Shown here in pieces: positions 59,947-64,000 of a stretch of 64,000 bases of DNA (the first letter of the stretch is position 1; each line of letters begins with the position of its first letter). The position numbers and the translations under genes were made by a program. Under the pieces are notes generated by a model, which was not told the origin of the DNA, did not search any database, and saw only the letters and a list, made by a program, of their open reading frames with translations. Location of the stretch: contig CAXXGO010000001.1 in NCBI GenBank assembly GCA_963666835.2, positions 1,088,001-1,152,000 of the forward strand. The letters run 5' to 3'. This DNA is from Phycisphaerae bacterium. Its GTDB lineage: Bacteria > Planctomycetota > Phycisphaerae > UBA1845.

Positions 59947-60401
59947 GACATCCTCCTTCGCACTTGCGAAATCACGCGCAATCCGGCCCAAACCATCCAT
60001 GTGTGGGACTTGTTTCGCAGCCCTAGCCCACCTGCGGCGCGCCCCACCCGGCGCACGCCACGCCTCTCACCTTGTGTTCTGCGGTAACTCCTCCGTACCG
60101 ACGATGCTCGACTACGTGATCTTTAACCCATCATGCTAACGCGCCGTACGCCATGACTCCAGAAGAAACGGCGAAGTCTCCGGAGATTCTCGGCCTTCCC
60201 GTCAACCGGGCCTGACGTCCGCGGCGCGCCGCACGAGGGTTTTCGAGCATGTTTGTGCCATCGGAGAGACAGTCGACTCCTTTGGGATCCGAGGGCGCCG
60301 CTGATTGTGTTGTGGTCGGGCGCCGGGGCGAGGATTCCAGGGTGCCATCGCACCGTCGCTGACCGCGCCCGTCTCCGACCGTTCCGACGTGGGGAGCTCT
60401 C

Positions 60402-60557
60402 GTGGCGTCCATCGATGGTGCGGTCCGTCGAGTCGCGATCAAGGACCTTTTCGATGCGCTGAACGAGCAGAACGCCATCAGAGCCCAAGAGGGTCTTGCG
60501 CCCTTGCCCGACCCGTTCACCGTGACCACCGCCAACCCGGCCGTGGCCGGGCAGTAA
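60402..60557 (+). CDS. Putative small protein (51 aa), not in the ORF track
   Basis: GGGGAG RBS then GTG; MASIDGAVRRVAIKDLFDALNEQNAIRAQEGLAPLPDPFTVTTANPAVAGQ. Confidence 0.45.
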   Translation: MASIDGAVRRVAIKDLFDALNEQNAIRAQEGLAPLPDPFTVTTANPAVAGQ

Positions 60558-60579
60558 CGATTGGCAGTCGGCATCACGC

Positions 60580-60609
60580 GTAGGGCATGGTCGAGGCACG
60601 AGACCTGCC
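60580..60609 (+). repeat. GTAG-type REP
   Basis: GTAGGGCATGGTCGAGGCACGAGACCTGCC; two mismatches to the reverse complement of the 23273 and 23738 copies. Confidence 0.75.
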
Positions 60610-60914
60610 ATCTACTGCAGGGGGATTTCATCGGTTCCCCAATGCTCAGGCGGCCGTACCCCGCACGGCCCTGCCGCAAGCTTGGCATACGCCGGATTCA
60701 ATAGAACACGCCCCCCGGCCATGCCGCTGGAAACATTCTGAAAGAGGCCGGGCGGCCGAAACAAGAGCGCGGCTCATCGATGTTGTCTCTTCCACCCCGT
60801 CAGGGTGGTTTGAGTTGTTGGCATCCCAGCCGGGGGCGGCGGCCGCTTCGCGACCTTGCCCCCGTCTGTCTAGCAGCCTTCCAGGCTGAACAGGGAGCCG
60901 CGCGTTGCGGCCTT

Positions 60915-61019
60915 TCAGGCTGTGGAGGGACCGCGACCGAGTCGGACGAGTGCGCTCGGTTTGTACCGCTGAAACGTGCAAAACAACGAGGGCGTCATTC
61001 TGAGGATCTTGCGAATCAT
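60915..61019 (-). pseudogene. Truncated array cassette (MIRKILR...)
   Basis: ATGA overlap with the upstream cassette and the family N-terminus; similarity is then lost and the ORF stops after 34 aa. Confidence 0.5.
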
Positions 61020-61462
61020 GGGGCGATCTCCGTCCCGCACTCCGAACACGTGCCCGACACGTTCCCGGTAAGATCGTAGCCGCACTCCGCACAGTGACCG
61101 GGGGGATACGGGCAATCGCGCCTCCACGCCAAGAACATTGGGACTCCGATTATCAGCAGGGGGATCCAGAGGGGAACACTGCACCTGTACAGGTTATGGC
61201 CGCTGTAGAGCCTCCTGGGCAACAAGAGGATCTTCGGCGAGGTGCACGCACCGAAGTGCCAGCCTATCGGGAGCACGCTGTCGAGTCCCCATGGACGGCC
61301 GTATTCGAACCCGACAGCTCCCAGGCCAACGACGGCATACCAACTGTGACTTCTGTAGCCGCAATACCACCACCGGCTTGCCACCATGGCCAGAAACAGA
61401 ACCACGCACGCCACCAGCCCCGCCCACCTCAGGAATTGCCGTTTCCGAGAGATCGTCCGCAT
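61016..61462 (-). CDS. Two-TM membrane protein with C-terminal Zn-ribbon (array member)
   Basis: MRTISRKRQF-TM-loop-PLW-TM-CAECGYDLTGNVSGTCSECG. Confidence 0.85.
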   Translation of the reverse strand: MRTISRKRQFLRWAGLVACVVLFLAMVASRWWYCGYRSHSWYAVVGLGAVGFEYGRPWGLDSVLPIGWHFGACTSPKILLLPRRLYSGHNLYRCSVPLWIPLLIIGVPMFLAWRRDCPYPPGHCAECGYDLTGNVSGTCSECGTEIAP

Positions 61463-61485
61463 GGTGGTCATCCGGCAGCCTCATC

Positions 61486-62073
61486 CTACTCGGGATCGAT
61501 AGCGACACCGCATTCGGAACAGACCCCCGTAACGTTGCCGGTCAGATCATAACCACATCGTCCACATTGGCCCTCGCCTCCTCGTCTACCGCGTCGCCGA
61601 ACAAGGCCGCGCACCAGAACGTACCCTGGGTAGGCGAGGAGCGCAACATCCACCAGCCACAGCGGCAATGAACACGCCCCAGCTACAAACGGTTTCACTC
61701 CAGAGCCAAACGGCGCTACGCCACGCCACGACATCACTCTGATCCCCAAAAACCTCGTATCCCTGTTGTCTGGCCGGATAAGCCGGCCGGGACTGCTCGT
61801 TTCCCTCGTCGCCCACCGAGTAGACAACGTTCCGCGATATACACTCAAGCAGAGATTGTGATTCGCCTCTTCTCCGAAGTCGAGCCAGTTGACATGCCAG
61901 CCTACTCCGCAGGAATGCGCATCGGGCACATCAGAGTACGACAACGGGCAACGGCCGAGTTCCAGGTAATCTGGCGGCCACCTGGTGAAGCTGGTTACAA
62001 GGAAGATCGAGACGACCAACGCACTGGCCATGCAGAGCAAAATGACAAGGGTTCGTGCTCTTCGTTGCCACAT
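61486..62073 (-). CDS. Two-TM membrane protein with C-terminal Zn-ribbon (array member)
   Basis: TM-loop-PLW..AYP-RRR-CGRCGYDLTGNVTGVCSECG; GGAG RBS. Confidence 0.85.
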   Translation of the reverse strand: MWQRRARTLVILLCMASALVVSIFLVTSFTRWPPDYLELGRCPLSYSDVPDAHSCGVGWHVNWLDFGEEANHNLCLSVYRGTLSTRWATRETSSPGRLIRPDNRDTRFLGIRVMSWRGVAPFGSGVKPFVAGACSLPLWLVDVALLAYPGYVLVRGLVRRRGRRGGEGQCGRCGYDLTGNVTGVCSECGVAIDPE

Positions 62074-62180
62074 GTCTCCATCTCCGAGCCGGGCTGCCCC
62101 GAGGACTTCGCCACGTCACCCACAAGCCATGTTCACACATCGTTTTGACGCAATCTGCAATCACCTCCCGCCGAGCAATC

Positions 62181-62246
62181 CTATCCGGGTTCGACAAGCT
62201 CCGCCGCCCACTTCAGGAACCGCCGTTTCCGAGAGATGGTCCGCAT
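62181..62246 (-). pseudogene. Truncated array cassette (MRTISRKRRFLKWA...)
   Basis: Near copy of the N-terminus of 61016-61462; ends after 21 aa. Confidence 0.6.
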
Positions 62247-62251
62247 GGTGG

Positions 62252-62803
62252 TTATCCGGTGGCCTCAGCCTTCTTGGGATCGATCGCGACGCCGCACTCG
62301 GAGCAGGCGCCCGAGACGTTGCCGGTCAGATTGTAGCCGCAGGCGAGGCAGAGGCCACGCTTCCGGCGACGGTGACGACGAAGGGGGCCGCGGATGAACG
62401 TGATGGTGGGGTAGAGGGAAAGGAGCAACGCTAGGCCATACAAAGAAATGCACTGCCTTGTGGATGAGGTCCGGGGGTCGCCGTTGCCGCCAGCGTCGTA
62501 CTTAAAAGGCTTGTTGTACCGTGGGCGCGAATATCCGCGCATCTCCCCGGGTTCCGAGAGGCCGGAGAAACCTCCATGCGCTCCGATCAACACAAGGTCG
62601 AGCGCATCGGACGATGTCCAAACTCCAATACACAGCCAACCACTGCATACTTCAAACTCAATTGAGACGTTCCTCGTTGGACATGTGATAAGGCGGGCGC
62701 CAACCCGATAGGAGACGACGGCAGCGGTGACGGAAGACACAACCCCCACCGTCAACCCGACGATGACGGTCACGCGGAACACCCTGAGGACCTTGCGTAT
62801 CAC
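62252..62803 (-). CDS. Two-TM membrane protein with C-terminal Zn-ribbon (array member)
   Basis: GTGA overlap start; MIRKVLR-TM-loop-TM-YP..FIRGP.RR.RRRKRGLCLACGYNLTGNVSGACSECG. Confidence 0.85.
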   Translation of the reverse strand: MIRKVLRVFRVTVIVGLTVGVVSSVTAAVVSYRVGARLITCPTRNVSIEFEVCSGWLCIGVWTSSDALDLVLIGAHGGFSGLSEPGEMRGYSRPRYNKPFKYDAGGNGDPRTSSTRQCISLYGLALLLSLYPTITFIRGPLRRHRRRKRGLCLACGYNLTGNVSGACSECGVAIDPKKAEATG

Positions 62804-63177
62804 GGCGCGATCTCCGACCCGCATTCCGGGCAGATTCCGGATACGTTGCCGGTGAGGTTGTACCCGCACGTCAAGCAGTGAGTACTGTCGTCATCGATGG
62901 CAGCTTGTCGTAACCCGAAGTAGATTAGTTCGGCGGAAGCCAGCAGAACGACAATCGCGCATGCTGCCCCCAGCGCAAGGCTCAACAGCATCGGCAGCAG
63001 ACCTGACTCGACCAGCGTAAACGTGGCAAAGATAACCATGCCTTCAAGGAAAAGAACCACGGGGCAAAGGGAGATGAATATGGCGAAGCACACCCACAGC
63101 GGAAACCGCCAGCGCCCGCGCTTCTTGGCTCGAGCCAACTCCAGGTACCGTTGATAGAAAGACCGTTCCCGGCTCAT
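62800..63177 (-). CDS. Membrane protein with C-terminal Zn-ribbon (array member, short-loop type)
   Basis: ATGA overlap start; 2-3 hydrophobic segments; CLTCGYNLTGNVSGICPECG. Confidence 0.85.
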   Translation of the reverse strand: MSRERSFYQRYLELARAKKRGRWRFPLWVCFAIFISLCPVVLFLEGMVIFATFTLVESGLLPMLLSLALGAACAIVVLLASAELIYFGLRQAAIDDDSTHCLTCGYNLTGNVSGICPECGSEIAP

Positions 63178-63731
63178 ACGGCGTCCCCACACTCCGGACA
63201 CACTCCCGATACGTTCCCTTCCAGGTTATACCCGCACGTCAGGCACAAGCCGCGCTTTCTACGACGCCACCTGCGAACCGGACCACGCACGAAGGCAAAC
63301 CCCGGATACGCCGCCAGGACAACAGGAACGAACCAATTTGGCACGTCAATCTCCCAGAACACGCATCGTGGCAAACCACGTCCACCAGAGTTACCACTCG
63401 TCCATCCGTAGTCTCCGAGGCCGATCCTCCTGCGTTTCACACGTCTCTGACCCTCTGCCAGGCTTACGAAAGACACAGCACTCCGATCCGGATTCACGTC
63501 AAGAACCAGCCTGTATTCCCACGACACATACTCTTCATCGCGGAACCGCCGCTCAGCGCCAAAACCCAGCGAGATCATGCTACCCCAGCCCGGCGCCCGG
63601 GCGACATCAAGCCTCTGATTCTCAGAACGCCAGATAGACGCCGGTTCCCCCGGGTAGGCCAGAAGCACCCACGCAACGACAGACCCAACGGCCCCGAACG
63701 CACAGCCGTAGAGCAGGATCTTGCGAATCAC
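63174..63731 (-). CDS. Two-TM membrane protein with C-terminal Zn-ribbon (array member)
   Basis: GTGA overlap start; MIRKILL-TM-loop-TM-AYP..FVRGP.RRWRRRKRGLCLTCGYNLEGNVSGVCPECG. Confidence 0.85.
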   Translation of the reverse strand: MIRKILLYGCAFGAVGSVVAWVLLAYPGEPASIWRSENQRLDVARAPGWGSMISLGFGAERRFRDEEYVSWEYRLVLDVNPDRSAVSFVSLAEGQRRVKRRRIGLGDYGWTSGNSGGRGLPRCVFWEIDVPNWFVPVVLAAYPGFAFVRGPVRRWRRRKRGLCLTCGYNLEGNVSGVCPECGDAV

Positions 63732-64000
63732 GGTGGCGCCGCCTCCATCCCGCATTCCGAACATCGTCCGCCTACGTTGCCAGTCAAGTCGTAACCGCAG
63801 GCGAGGCATAGCCCACGGTGAGAGCGGCGCCACCGCCGATACCATCCGCGGATGAAGGCGAGCGTTCGGCGCAACGCCGATACGCGGAACAGAAAGCAGC
63901 TTGGGACGCAGATGCTCGGGGTCGCACGCGCCACGCGTTGCCCCGAAGAGAAAACGATCCTGAGAATCAGAATCCTGCCTGTCCTCACCGAGCGATTGGC
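63728..64000 (-). CDS. Array member, partial (5' end probably outside the window)
   Basis: FIRGWYRRWRRSHRGLCLACGYDLTGNVGGRCSECG; the frame is open to the window edge. Confidence 0.75.
   Translation of the reverse strand, partial: ANRSVRTGRILILRIVFSSGQRVARATPSICVPSCFLFRVSALRRTLAFIRGWYRRWRRSHRGLCLACGYDLTGNVGGRCSECGMEAAPP

Overview
GC-rich bacterial chromosome segment, most consistent with Planctomycetota, class Phycisphaerae. This taxonomic call is inferred from the Cys-rich dockerin-type secreted proteins, the CxxCGY[DN]LxG..CxECG membrane proteins and the DUF1570-like protein. The housekeeping backbone includes pnp-rpsO, rho, tRNA-Ala(CGC), aat, yhaM-gcvPA-gcvPB-lipoate ligase, tig-clpP-clpP, trpG/pabA, hemW, mtnA-purE, nnrD-larB-ileS, cysC and psd-pssA. 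Accessory elements are: (i) a standalone 1498-aa nuclease-STAND ATPase, probably anti-phage; (ii) a complete IS110-family, IS1111-type element (40882-42700) inserted in a GTAG-type REP, with reconstructable ends, a circle-junction promoter and a ~550-nt structured 3' non-coding region that is a candidate bridge/seek RNA; (iii) a Maf-type glycosyltransferase coupled to a protein whose cytidylyltransferase-like and radical-SAM-like domains are both degenerate; (iv) a dispersed family of tiny lipoprotein-like peptides; (v) a candidate standalone sRNA; (vi) several REP/palindrome clusters; and (vii) at the right edge, a largely translationally coupled tandem array of at least six membrane proteins with variable cores, a constant C-terminal Zn-ribbon, repeated junction DNA and truncated cassettes. 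The array is the best candidate for an undescribed diversified receptor or immunity system. All calls come from reading motifs by eye; no searches were run.
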